Origin: Acidimicrobiia bacterium
GTDB taxonomy: Bacteria > Actinomycetota > Acidimicrobiia > IMCC26256 > JBMOIJ01
Assembly (NCBI GenBank): GCA_049317385.1
Contig: JBMOIJ010000001.1
Coordinates: 468-64,467 of the forward strand
Reading direction: 5' to 3'
Length of the DNA: 64,000 nt
Shown: one piece after another, positions 54,366 through 63,664 of the stretch
How positions within the stretch are numbered: the stretch's first letter is position 1
Layout of the letters: each line of letters begins with the position of its first letter
Notes under the pieces: generated by a model
Database searches by the model: none
Seen by the model: the letters and a program-made list of their open reading frames with translations, nothing else
What the model was told of the DNA's origin: nothing
Translations under genes and position numbers: made by a program

Positions 54366-57031
54366 GACACCGTCTCCACCCGCAGATCGGTGACCACAGC
54401 GCTGAGATCGATGAGATCAGCCGCCGTCAGCTCGTCGGATCCATCGATCACCCGGTTGAACACCAGGAACGCCGTGCCCGACGCAGTGGCGTCGTCGGCG
54501 ACGAGCGGCATCGTGAACGACCCGCGCGCCGTGGTGACGCGAACCCGGTCGCCGTCGTTGACCCCGATGCGCGTGCGGTCGCTCGGATTGACGAGCAACG
54601 ACACGCGATCGGCAAGGGTCGCCGTGGCCGACGACCGTGCCGCAATCACTCCGGAGTCGTACATCGCGCGTCCCACCACGAGGCGCAGAGCGTACGCATC
54701 GGGTGCCGGCGGCGCAGTGTTGTCTGCGGCGGCGTTCCATTCGAAGCACGCCGGGGCGTTCGCGCTCTGTGCTTCGGCGACCGCGTCGGCCACCACTTCA
54801 TCGGCAGATGCCACGGCGTCGTCGATGTCGGCATCAGCTTCGGCTTCGGGCGCCGGGGCGATGGGCTCCCAAGACAGGTCGGCACCAGTGCTGGGCCGCC
54901 GTTCCACGGTGATCTCTTCGGGGAACGCCGCAATCGGCACCACCGCACCGTCACGAGCGCGCCGCACGAGCGTGGCGTCGACGCCGGCGTAGGCGGGTGC
55001 GACGCGTGCAATCTCGTCGATCACCTCGTCGGCGGATTCGAAGTCGAAGTCGACCCCTTCACGCAACGCGAGCTCGGCCGCAATGCGCCAGTCGGGCATC
55101 GTGGTGCCTTCCGGCGAGAGCTTCTGCGCCAACCGCTGGACGCGACCCTCGATGTTGGTAGCACTCCCACGGGTCTCGCCCCACACGCTGGCGGGCAGCA
55201 CGACATCGACCCGCCGACTGGTCTTGTCGACGAATGCACCGACCAACACCGTGAACGGCACCGCGTCGAGCGCTTCGCGCACGAGCGTGCGATCGGGGAC
55301 GTCGGCGAACGGATCGGATCCGAGCACCACGAGCGCGCCGATGCGGCCGTTGCGCGCCGCCTCGAGGATGCCGGCGGTGTCGAGCCCTCGCTCGGCCGGA
55401 ACCGCACCCCAGTGTTCGGTGAACCAGTCACGGGCGTCGTCGAGCGAGACGCGCCCGGGCAGGAAGCCAGGAGTGCAACCCATGTCGAGCGCACCGTGCA
55501 CGTTGCCGCGGTGCAACGCCGAGAGGAACCGTGTTCCCGGGACCTTCGACAATGCTGCCGCTGCGCGTACGACCGAGTCGGCCGCCTCGGCCATCGACGG
55601 ACGACCCAACACCACGACGACCTCGCCGCTGCGACCGGACAACTGGTCGGCGATGGCATCGAGCGCTTCGTCGCCAGATTTGGTGCCGGTCAGTGCCGCG
55701 GCCACCCGCTCGGCAGCAATCCCGGATTCGCCCGGACGAGCATGCACCACGTGGGCGGCGTACGGCGTGAGTCCGTTCGCACGCGGCGAGATGTCGATGA
55801 GCGGAACTCCCAACTCGGACGCGGCGCGCCGCAGCCGGAGATAGAGCACGGGAAGCTCTTCTTTGCAATCGGGGGCCAACAGCACGATGGCCTTCGCCCG
55901 ATCGGCGTCGGCGATGCGCGCCTTGGGCAGACCCAGGACCACCTCGGCCGGCAGCCCGTCGCCCAACTGGGCATCGACGTTGTCGGTCTTCCACACGCTC
56001 TTGGCCAACTTGGCCCAGGAATACGCGCCTTCGTTGGTGCCGCGCGCACCGCCGATGACCGCGACCCCGGTCGGACCATGCAGTTGCAGCGCCTTGCGAA
56101 TGCCGGCTGCGGCTGCGTCGAGCGCCTCCGGCCACGACGCGGCGGTCAGGTCCTCGCCGTCACGCACCAAGGGCGACCGCACACGATCGGCCTGGTGCAC
56201 CCAGTCGAGCCCGTAACGGCCCTTGTCGCAGAGCCACCCGTGGTTCACCGGCTCGCTGTCGACACCGAGCAGGCGCACCAGGCGGTTGCTCGACGACTGC
56301 AACGCGCCGCGGCACTGCACCGCACAGGTGGTGCAGCTGGTCTCGACGGTGTCGAGGTCCCAGGGACGCGCGCGGAACCGGTAAGGCTTCGCAGTGAGCG
56401 CACCGACCGGACAGATCTGCACGGTGTTGCCCGAGAAGTGCGACGCAAACGGGTCGTCGGGGAAGTTGAGCACCTGCGTCTGGCCACCGCGTTCCACGAA
56501 CGTGATGAGCGGGTCGCCGGCGATCTCGTCGGCGAAGCGAGTGCAACGCGCGCACTGGATGCAGCGTTCCCGGTCGAGCAACACGTGGTCACTGATCGGA
56601 ATGGGCTTCGCGTAGTGCCGCTTCTCTTCGACGAAGCGACTCTCACCCGGACCAAACGCAACCGTCTGGTCCTGCAACGGGCACTCACCGCCCCGGTCAC
56701 AGACCGGGCAGTCGAGCGGGTGGTTGATGAGCAGGAACTCGAGTACGCCGTCCTGGGCCTTCTCGACGTTGTGCTGCTGGAAGTGCACGACCATGCCGTC
56801 GGCGACGGGCGTGGTGCAGGCGGGCGGTAACCCGCGCACCCCTTCGATCTCGACCAGGCACATGCGACACATGCCGACCGGCTTCATGCGCTCGTGCCAA
56901 CAGAACCGCGGAATGAAGATGCCTGCGTCCTGGGCCGCGCGGATGAGCAGCGTGCCCTTCTCGGCCTGCACCTCTTTGCCATCGATACTTATGGTTACGA
57001 GTTCGCTCGTCTTCGCTCGCTCGCCCGTCAC
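54362..57031 (-). CDS. nuoG: NADH-quinone oxidoreductase subunit G
   Basis: 889 aa with an N-terminal 2Fe-2S/4Fe-4S region (...RFCWHERMKPVGMCRMCLVEI..., HPLDCPVCDRGGECPLQD) and a molybdopterin-like domain. An Ala/Asp/Glu-rich linker lies near 54750-54860. Confidence 0.93.
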   Translation of the reverse strand: MTGERAKTSELVTISIDGKEVQAEKGTLLIRAAQDAGIFIPRFCWHERMKPVGMCRMCLVEIEGVRGLPPACTTPVADGMVVHFQQHNVEKAQDGVLEFLLINHPLDCPVCDRGGECPLQDQTVAFGPGESRFVEEKRHYAKPIPISDHVLLDRERCIQCARCTRFADEIAGDPLITFVERGGQTQVLNFPDDPFASHFSGNTVQICPVGALTAKPYRFRARPWDLDTVETSCTTCAVQCRGALQSSSNRLVRLLGVDSEPVNHGWLCDKGRYGLDWVHQADRVRSPLVRDGEDLTAASWPEALDAAAAGIRKALQLHGPTGVAVIGGARGTNEGAYSWAKLAKSVWKTDNVDAQLGDGLPAEVVLGLPKARIADADRAKAIVLLAPDCKEELPVLYLRLRRAASELGVPLIDISPRANGLTPYAAHVVHARPGESGIAAERVAAALTGTKSGDEALDAIADQLSGRSGEVVVVLGRPSMAEAADSVVRAAAALSKVPGTRFLSALHRGNVHGALDMGCTPGFLPGRVSLDDARDWFTEHWGAVPAERGLDTAGILEAARNGRIGALVVLGSDPFADVPDRTLVREALDAVPFTVLVGAFVDKTSRRVDVVLPASVWGETRGSATNIEGRVQRLAQKLSPEGTTMPDWRIAAELALREGVDFDFESADEVIDEIARVAPAYAGVDATLVRRARDGAVVPIAAFPEEITVERRPSTGADLSWEPIAPAPEAEADADIDDAVASADEVVADAVAEAQSANAPACFEWNAAADNTAPPAPDAYALRLVVGRAMYDSGVIAARSSATATLADRVSLLVNPSDRTRIGVNDGDRVRVTTARGSFTMPLVADDATASGTAFLVFNRVIDGSDELTAADLIDLSAVVTDLRVETVS

Positions 57032-58344
57032 GCAAGCGCCCTCTCTACGGAACCCGCACCGCAGCGCGTTTCAACCTCGGCGCGGAAGTACTTGTTGAGA
57101 CTCACCACTGCACTGACGGCGCTGGGACCCAGCGGGCAGATGGTGGTCTGCGAGAACGGCGCGTTGAGACCGGGCGAGATGTTGTCGCCCACGTCGAGCA
57201 ACATATCGAGGTCTTCGGGGCGACCCTCACCATGGCTCATCCGGTACAACACCTTCTCGATCCAACCTGTGCCTTCCCGGCACGGCGTGCACTTGCCGCA
57301 GCTCTCGTGCGCAAAGAACTTCGCCAACCGCCACGCAACCGATATCGGGTCCGTGGTCTCGTCGAACACCATGACCGCACCTGACCCGAGCATGGCGCCA
57401 AACGCCGGGCCGATCGCGTCCATGTCGAGGGGCAGGTCGAGCGCCTCGTCGGTGGGCGGCATCCACTGGCTGGATGCGCCACCCGGAATGATGAACTTGA
57501 TGGCGCGGTCTTCGCGGATACCGCCGGCCAATCCGTAGAGCAGGTCACGGAAGGTCATGCCGAGTTCGACTTCGTAGTTGCCCGGTTTCTTCACATGACC
57601 CGACACGCTGAAGATGCGCGTGCCGGTGCTCTTGTTCACGCCGAGCTTGGCGTACTCCTCGCCGCCCATCTGCACGATGTGCGGAACGGTGGAGAGCGTC
57701 TCGATGTTGTTGACGACCGTGGGCTTGGCGTAGAGACCTGCGACCGCCGGGAACGGCGGGCGCAAGCGCGGCATGCCGCGCTCACCTTCGAGACTCTCGA
57801 GCAGCGCAGTCTCTTCGCCGCATATGTATGCGCCCGCCGCGCGGTGCATCACGATGTCGCAGTCGAACCCGGAGCCGGCGATGTTGGTGCCGACGAATCC
57901 CTTGGTGCGCGCGTCTTCAATGGCGCCGACCAGCCGGTCGTAACCGAGACCGAACTCACCCCGCAGGTACACGAAGCTCTGATGACACCCAATGGCGTAC
58001 GCCGCAATGAGGATGCCTTCGACGATCTGGTGCGGGTCGCCTTCGACCAGCATGTGGTCCTTGAACGTGGACGGTTCGCCTTCGTCGCCGTTCACCACGA
58101 GGTAGCGCGGAAAGCTGTCGGCCGGCAGGAACGACCACTTGGTGGCCGCCGGGAACCCGGCGCCACCGCGACCCCGCAGTCCCGACGACTTCACCTCGGC
58201 CTGTACGGCGTCGGGCGTCATGGCCAGCGCCTTCTTCAAGTTCTCGTAGGCACCATCGGCAATGGCACGCTCGATGGTCCAGGAGTCCTCGGGGAACTCA
58301 CGCAACCGCCGGGTGAGCAGACGAGTCTCTTTCACTTCGGTCAT
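57028..58344 (-). CDS. nuoF: NADH-quinone oxidoreductase subunit F
   Basis: 438 aa with GLRGRGGAGFPAATKW (FMN/NADH site) and ESCGKCTPCREGT (cluster N3). Confidence 0.95.
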   Translation of the reverse strand: MTEVKETRLLTRRLREFPEDSWTIERAIADGAYENLKKALAMTPDAVQAEVKSSGLRGRGGAGFPAATKWSFLPADSFPRYLVVNGDEGEPSTFKDHMLVEGDPHQIVEGILIAAYAIGCHQSFVYLRGEFGLGYDRLVGAIEDARTKGFVGTNIAGSGFDCDIVMHRAAGAYICGEETALLESLEGERGMPRLRPPFPAVAGLYAKPTVVNNIETLSTVPHIVQMGGEEYAKLGVNKSTGTRIFSVSGHVKKPGNYEVELGMTFRDLLYGLAGGIREDRAIKFIIPGGASSQWMPPTDEALDLPLDMDAIGPAFGAMLGSGAVMVFDETTDPISVAWRLAKFFAHESCGKCTPCREGTGWIEKVLYRMSHGEGRPEDLDMLLDVGDNISPGLNAPFSQTTICPLGPSAVSAVVSLNKYFRAEVETRCGAGSVERALA

Positions 58345-58844
58345 GACTGCACTCCAACGGTTGAACCCGAGATGGTGCGCGCGATCAGCCGACCCGACTT
58401 GTAGTCGTTGACGATGGCTTCACCAGATTCGGGCGTGAGGTTGAGGTGATACTCGTAGTTGACCTGCAAACACGGCGCGCCGTCGCACGCGGCGAGACAT
58501 TCGACCTCTTCTACGGTGACGTCGGCATCATCGGCGTACTGGTCACGCAAGTGCTCGTAGAGCTCGGGCCCGCCATTGACCAAACACGACACGTTCGTGC
58601 ACACACTCACCAGGTACTTGCCCACTGGTTCGCGTTTGAACATCGTGTAGAAGCTGACCGTGCCCTGCACCTCGGCAGGGGTGACGCCAACGAGTTCCGC
58701 AATCGCTTCCATGGCTTCTGCGCTCACCCAGCCGTCCTGGTCTTGCGCCAGGTGGGCGAGCGGCAGGATCGCCGACTTCGGACGTGGGTACTGAGCAACG
58801 ATTTCTGCGGCCTTCGGCGCAAACGTTGCGTTGAAGTACGTCAT
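58341..58844 (-). CDS. nuoE: NADH-quinone oxidoreductase subunit E
   Basis: 167 aa with ...VCTNVSCLVNGG...ECLAACDGAP..., the 2Fe-2S N1a ligands. Confidence 0.92.
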   Translation of the reverse strand: MTYFNATFAPKAAEIVAQYPRPKSAILPLAHLAQDQDGWVSAEAMEAIAELVGVTPAEVQGTVSFYTMFKREPVGKYLVSVCTNVSCLVNGGPELYEHLRDQYADDADVTVEEVECLAACDGAPCLQVNYEYHLNLTPESGEAIVNDYKSGRLIARTISGSTVGVQS

Positions 58845-60118
58845 CGGTCGACCTCGCCCATGATCGGGTCGATGGTCGAGATGATCGCGACACCGTCGGC
58901 CACGAGTTCGCCTTCCATCATGGGCGCCAATGCCTGCAGGTTGTAGAAACTCGGCCCCCGGATGTGCATGCGCACCGGCTTGGCCGTGCCGTCGCTCACC
59001 AAGTAGCAGCCGATCTCGCCGCGCGGCGACTCGATGGCGGCATACGTTTCGCCGGCCGGCACCTTGAAGCCTTCGGTGAACAACTTGAAGTGGTGAATGA
59101 GCGCTTCCATCGACTCGTCGATGCGCGCACGCGGCGGCGGCGTGACCTTGCGGTCCTGCACTCGGTAGTCGCCGAGCGGCATCTTCTCAACGCATTGGCG
59201 CACGATCTTGATGCTCTCGAGGATCTCGTAGAGCCGAATACGGAAGCGGTCGTAGACGTCGCCGTTGTCGGTGTAGACGATGTCGAAGTCGAGCTCGGGG
59301 TACGCCAGGTACGGCATGGCCTTGCGCAGGTCCCACGGGTAGCCGGTGCTGCGCAGGATGGGACCGGTCAGTCCGAGTTCGAGGCACTGGTCGGTGGTGA
59401 GTTTGCCCACGCCCACCGTGCGCTCGAGCCAGATGGGGTTCTCGTTCAAGATGGTTTCGTACTCAGCGACACCAGCTTCGACGGTGTCACACAGGGCGAG
59501 CGCGTGGTCTTCCCAGCCGGGCGGCAAGTCGGCAGCGACACCGCCCGGGCGCACGTAGTTGTGGTTCATGCGCAGCCCGGTGACGGTTTCGAGAAAGCGC
59601 AGGACTTCCTCGCGTTCACGCCAGCCGTACAGCATCATCGACACTGCGCCGAGGTCCATGCCGTTGGTGGCTTGGAACAGCAAGTGCGACGCCATGCGGC
59701 TGATCTCGAGCATCAGCGTGCGGATCCACACCGCGCGCGGCGGCAGCTCGACGTCGAGCAACTGCTCGACCGCCATCGAGAACACGACTTCGTTCGCGAT
59801 GGGACTGGCGTAGTCCATGCGCGTCACGTTGGTGGAGCCCTGAATGAACATGAGCTCTTCGGCAGTCTTCTCCATGCCGGTGTGGAGATAGCCGATGACC
59901 GGCTTTGCCCGCACGATGGTCTCGCCTTCGAGTTCCATCATCACGCGTAACACGCCGTGCGTGCTGGGGTGCTGGGGCCCCATGTTGACGATCATGGTTT
60001 GCCCGGAGTCTTCGGGCTCGGGCCACGGACCACCCGTGAGCACCACTTCATGCATGGGGCGGAGTTGCTGGTTGCCTTCGTCGGTCTGACGCTCGAGACG
60101 CGCTTCTTCTTCGATCAT
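58841..60118 (-). CDS. nuoD: NADH-quinone oxidoreductase subunit D, copy 2 (HTG variant)
   Basis: 425 aa with VNMGPQHPSTHGVLRVMM and VIGYLHTGMEK. Confidence 0.93.
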   Translation of the reverse strand: MIEEEARLERQTDEGNQQLRPMHEVVLTGGPWPEPEDSGQTMIVNMGPQHPSTHGVLRVMMELEGETIVRAKPVIGYLHTGMEKTAEELMFIQGSTNVTRMDYASPIANEVVFSMAVEQLLDVELPPRAVWIRTLMLEISRMASHLLFQATNGMDLGAVSMMLYGWREREEVLRFLETVTGLRMNHNYVRPGGVAADLPPGWEDHALALCDTVEAGVAEYETILNENPIWLERTVGVGKLTTDQCLELGLTGPILRSTGYPWDLRKAMPYLAYPELDFDIVYTDNGDVYDRFRIRLYEILESIKIVRQCVEKMPLGDYRVQDRKVTPPPRARIDESMEALIHHFKLFTEGFKVPAGETYAAIESPRGEIGCYLVSDGTAKPVRMHIRGPSFYNLQALAPMMEGELVADGVAIISTIDPIMGEVDR

Positions 60119-60690
60119 CGCGGTACCGGGTCGCCTTTGAACGTGACGGGCACGCGCGCCGGCGCGTCGTCTTTGCGCAACGGATGCCCGTCCCAGTCGT
60201 CGGGCATGAGGATGCGAACCAACTCGGGGTGCCCCTCGAAGCGGATGCCGTAGAGGTCGAAGACTTCGCGTTCGCCGAAGTTCACGCCGGGGTACACCGG
60301 CGTGAGGCTCGCCACGGTTTCGTCGCCGTTGGGAACCTGGCAGATGGCACGAATACGCCGTGCGCGGGTGTGGCTGATGAAGTTGGCCACCACTTCGAAC
60401 CGCTCGGGCGCGACGCCCCCCGGCACCGCCGGCCGCTCGACGTCGACGAGGTGGTCGACCGCGGTGACGTCGAGACAGATCACGAATTCCTGTTCGTCGC
60501 GCAAGAACTCGGCGACGTCGCGCCAGAGGTCACGCGGCACGTACACCACCGCTTGGCCGTGCGACTCGTGGCACGCGCAACCGGCGAACTTCTGGAGCAC
60601 CGCTGCGGCAACTTCGTCGGATGGCACTGGCGGCTCGAGTGGCGTCTCCACCACTGCTTCTTCACCGGACTCGGGGGCTTCGTCGGACAC
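60115..60690 (-). CDS. nuoC: NADH-quinone oxidoreductase subunit C, copy 2
   Basis: 191 aa with ...YPGVNFGEREVFDLYGIRFEGHPELVRILMPDDWDGHPLRKD. Confidence 0.9.
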   Translation of the reverse strand: MSDEAPESGEEAVVETPLEPPVPSDEVAAAVLQKFAGCACHESHGQAVVYVPRDLWRDVAEFLRDEQEFVICLDVTAVDHLVDVERPAVPGGVAPERFEVVANFISHTRARRIRAICQVPNGDETVASLTPVYPGVNFGEREVFDLYGIRFEGHPELVRILMPDDWDGHPLRKDDAPARVPVTFKGDPVPR

Positions 60691-60708
60691 GAAACTGTTC
60701 TCGCAGAC

Positions 60709-61290
60709 TCAGGAATGGACTCGGGAAATGGATACCGGCACCTCTTGTTGGCCCCCACCACGCGCCTCGACCACCTCGATGGCTGCACCGCCGGTGGACG
60801 ACTCGCCGCGCCGACGCATGATCTCGCCGGTGCGGACCATTTCGTGGAGCGTGAGGATGCCGTGCATCAACGTTTCGGGACCAGGCGGGCAGCCCGGGAT
60901 GTAGACGTCGACCGGAACGATCTGGTCGACGCCTTGCACGATGGCGTAGTTGTTGAACATGCCGCCGCTGCTGGCGCACACACCCATGGAGATGACCCAC
61001 TTGGGCTCGACCATCTGGTCGTAGACCTGGCGCAACACCGGCGCCATCTTCTGACTCACGCGACCCGCGACGATCATGAGGTCGGCCTGGCGCGGTGACG
61101 CACGGAAGACCTCCATGCCATAGCGCGCCAGGTCGTAGTGCGCAGCACCCGTGGCCATCATCTCGATGGCACAACACGCGAGGCCGAAGGTGGCCGGCCA
61201 CATGCTGTTCTTACGCGCCCACTTCACCAGGCCTTCGAGCGTGCCGGTGAGGAAGTTGTGGCTCCAGTTGTCGAGCGAGACGTCGGGCAT
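60709..61290 (-). CDS. nuoB: NADH-quinone oxidoreductase subunit B, copy 2
   Basis: The track ORF of 608 aa is trimmed to the ATG at 61288-61290, which overlaps the nuoA stop (ATGA). It has [22 protein letters not shown] and [10 protein letters not shown]. Confidence 0.92.
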   Translation of the reverse strand: MPDVSLDNWSHNFLTGTLEGLVKWARKNSMWPATFGLACCAIEMMATGAAHYDLARYGMEVFRASPRQADLMIVAGRVSQKMAPVLRQVYDQMVEPKWVISMGVCASSGGMFNNYAIVQGVDQIVPVDVYIPGCPPGPETLMHGILTLHEMVRTGEIMRRRGESSTGGAAIEVVEARGGGQQEVPVSISRVHS

Positions 61291-61754
61291 CAGGCAGCTT
61301 CCTCGGAGTCGCCACGAGCGAATGATGGGAGCGTCGACGTGCGGCGCACCGGTGCGATGACGCGACCGGCGACTTCCTTGATGGAACCCCACTCGAGCGC
61401 GCCCGACGACAGCAGGTAGGCAAACGGAACGAGCAACACCAACAAGAACGCACCGATCACTGCGAGTCCGTACCCACCCAGCGAACGGAACACCGTGGCG
61501 AACGGGTACAAGAAGACGATCTCGACGTCGAGCACGATGAACGCCATCGCCACCAGATAGAACTTCACCGGGAAGCGCTCGGCCGGTTCGTACTCGGGGA
61601 CGATGCCACACTCGTACGGTGCGCGCTTCGCCGTGGTGGGGCGCTTGGGTCCGAGCAACGTGGACGCCACGAACGACACCGAGATGAACAACACCACCAG
61701 CACGATCATCGTGAGGATCGGCAGGTAGTCGGCCACCTCGTTGCTCCATTCCAC
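61290..61754 (-). CDS. nuoA: NADH-quinone oxidoreductase subunit A, copy 2
   Basis: 154 aa with ...[12 protein letters not shown]...[21 protein letters not shown]... and a hydrophilic C-terminal tail of about 30 aa. Confidence 0.9.
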   Translation of the reverse strand: MEWSNEVADYLPILTMIVLVVLFISVSFVASTLLGPKRPTTAKRAPYECGIVPEYEPAERFPVKFYLVAMAFIVLDVEIVFLYPFATVFRSLGGYGLAVIGAFLLVLLVPFAYLLSSGALEWGSIKEVAGRVIAPVRRTSTLPSFARGDSEEAA

Positions 61755-61859
61755 TCGGCGCCCACAGGCGCGCCACCGACCCGTACAAGTCCCGGGCTCC
61801 GGGGCCGAAACTAACGCGCGCCACGCAGGAAAACCGGATTCGCCGTACCGGTTGCGGCG

Positions 61860-62246
61860 TCAGCGCAGAGTGACCAGCACCAATCCCGCGAGGGCCATCA
61901 GCCCCCCGTTCCGGGCGACCCCCCACCACGTGATCTGAGTCGCGCCGCCGAAACAGGGACACTCGCCGCGTCTGCCGGTGAGCAACCGGCCCGCGAGGAA
62001 CAGGGTGAACACGCCGAGGAGCAGCAGCGCGACCCACGCACCGGGCTGCGGCGCGACGACCAGGGTGATGGCATCGAGGATCTCGAACCCGGCGACCACG
62101 ACGGCGGTGCGCTGGGGCGAGGGAACCCCGAGCGCCGCCATCGCCTCCGCGGAGCGGGCGAGGTTGGCGAGTTTCGCCACCCCCGAGAACACGAGCACCG
62201 CCGCCAACACCCAGGCGGCGGCGAGTCCGACCCAGCCGGTGTCCAC
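61860..62246 (-). CDS. MauE/DoxX-like small membrane protein
   Basis: Trimmed to the GTG at 62244-62246, with GGAGGG about 10 nt upstream. It has four hydrophobic helices and an ECPCFGG motif resembling the MauE-family CxCFG. Confidence 0.5.
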   Translation of the reverse strand: MDTGWVGLAAAWVLAAVLVFSGVAKLANLARSAEAMAALGVPSPQRTAVVVAGFEILDAITLVVAPQPGAWVALLLLGVFTLFLAGRLLTGRRGECPCFGGATQITWWGVARNGGLMALAGLVLVTLR

Positions 62247-62274
62247 CGTTCGCTGCCCTCCGTTCGCTCCGACT

Positions 62275-62292
62275 TCGTGATTTCGTGCACGA
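62275..62292. promoter_or_regulatory. Candidate Rex operator (ROP-like inverted repeat) in the mauE-like/rex divergent region
   Basis: TCGTGA-TTTCGT-GCACGA has the GTGA-N6-(T/G)CAC spacing of the TTGTGAA-N4-TTCACAA consensus, with 10 of 14 specified positions matching. It overlaps the perfect palindrome TCGTGCACGA (62283-62292). A further TCGTGA lies at 62300. Confidence 0.35.
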
Positions 62293-62330
62293 GTGCGTAT
62301 CGTGAGGGCACCCCCTGTGAAAGGACCCTC

Positions 62331-63029
62331 GTGGCCGTCGAACACCCGGCGTTCGCCCACTTCCCCCGGTCGCTCGGCGGTGGTCGGCGCATCCCCGAGG
62401 CCACCGTGTCGCGGCTTCCTCTCTACTACCGCGCGCTCCTCGACCTGGGCGAGCACGGGGTGGAAACCATCTCGTCGGACCAACTCGCCGCCAGCACTGG
62501 GGTGAATGCGGCAAAGGTCCGGAAAGACCTTTCATATCTCGGAACGTACGGAACTCGCGGGGTTGGCTACACCGTCGACGAGCTGCTCCACGAGATCGGC
62601 CGGGAGCTCGGCCTCACCCGCGAGTGGCCGGTCGCCATCGTGGGTGCCGGGAACCTGGGCCAGGCGCTGGTGGGGTACGGCGGGTTCGGCGCGCGGGGCT
62701 TCTCGATCGTGGCGATCCTCGATGCCAACCCGGCCAAGGTGGGTATCGAGATCGGATCCCTGGCCGTCGAGCCGGTGGACGAACTCGCCCGCATCGTGAG
62801 CGACCGCAACGTGGCCATCGGCGTGATCGCCACCCCCGGCGACGCCGCCCAGTCCGTCGCCGATGGCCTCGTGGCCGCCGGAGTGGGAGCCGTACTGAAC
62901 TTCGCACCCACGGTGGTGACGGTCCCCGACGCCGTTTCGCTCCGGAAGGTCGACCTGGCCACCGAACTGCAGATCCTGTCCTTCTACCAACTCCGCAAGC
63001 CCACCACCTCCGAGGAGCCCCGCCCATGA
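62331..63029 (+). CDS. rex: Redox-sensing transcriptional repressor Rex
   Basis: ...[19 protein letters not shown]...[34 protein letters not shown]...[14 protein letters not shown] prefer the GTG start at 62331, with AAAGGA upstream. The longest ORF starts at 62277. Confidence 0.88.
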   Translation: MAVEHPAFAHFPRSLGGGRRIPEATVSRLPLYYRALLDLGEHGVETISSDQLAASTGVNAAKVRKDLSYLGTYGTRGVGYTVDELLHEIGRELGLTREWPVAIVGAGNLGQALVGYGGFGARGFSIVAILDANPAKVGIEIGSLAVEPVDELARIVSDRNVAIGVIATPGDAAQSVADGLVAAGVGAVLNFAPTVVTVPDAVSLRKVDLATELQILSFYQLRKPTTSEEPRP

Positions 63030-63664
63030 CCGGCCGACGAGCACTCCGAGGGTTCCCGGTCAACCTGTTGGTGAGCGGCCGACGATGCGTGGTGGTGGGG
63101 GCCGGCCGGATCGCCGAACGCAAGATCGCGAACCTGCTCGACGCGGGGGCCGACGACGTCCACGTCATTGCGCCATGGGCCTGCGAGGCCGTCGAAGCGC
63201 TCGCGGCCGAAGGGCGCGTCGCGCTCGAGCTCCGGGAGTTCGCCCCCACCGACCTCGACGACACGTGGCTGGCCATCACTGCCACTGACGTCCCCGCCGT
63301 GAACGCCGCGGTCTACGCGGCAGGACAAGAACGACGCGTATGGGTCAACTCGGCTGACGACCCGGCCAACTGCGCGTACACGCTGGTGAGCGTCGTGCGC
63401 CGTTCCGACATCACCGTCACCATCGGAACCGGCGGGCGGAGCCCGGCGCTGGCAACATGGCTGCGCAAGCACGTGCAACAGGAGATGGGGCCGGAATACG
63501 AAGTGTTGCTCGACCTGCTCTCCGAAGCCCGCGAAGAACTCCGGGCCAGCGGCCAATCCAGCGAGGACGCCGATTGGCAAGCCGCCTTCTCATCTGGAAT
63601 CGTTGACCTCGTACGCGCCGGACGCACCGACGAGGCGAAGGAGTTGCTCCGCTCGTGTCTCTGA
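63026..63664 (+). CDS. Siroheme-synthase N-terminal-domain protein (precorrin-2 dehydrogenase/sirohydrochlorin ferrochelatase, SirC/Met8-like)
   Basis: The ATG at 63026 overlaps the rex stop (ATGA). It has FPVNLLVSGRRCVVVGAGRIAERKIANLLDAGADDVHVIAP (Rossmann fold) and ...TIGTGGRSPALA... Confidence 0.75.
   Translation: MTGRRALRGFPVNLLVSGRRCVVVGAGRIAERKIANLLDAGADDVHVIAPWACEAVEALAAEGRVALELREFAPTDLDDTWLAITATDVPAVNAAVYAAGQERRVWVNSADDPANCAYTLVSVVRRSDITVTIGTGGRSPALATWLRKHVQQEMGPEYEVLLDLLSEAREELRASGQSSEDADWQAAFSSGIVDLVRAGRTDEAKELLRSCL

Noticed and set aside
61755-61859. Search for a Rex operator directly upstream of nuoA2.
   Set aside because: There is no TGTGA/TCACA-type inverted repeat in this 105-nt gap, only a weak hairpin (AACCGG...CCGGTT) after the mauE-like stop. 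No feature is called here.
60709-62535. 608-aa track ORF extending nuoB2 upstream across nuoA2 and the mauE-like gene.
   Set aside because: The extension overlaps two better-supported genes in other frames. NuoB begins at [13 protein letters not shown]..., with an ATGA overlap at 61290.
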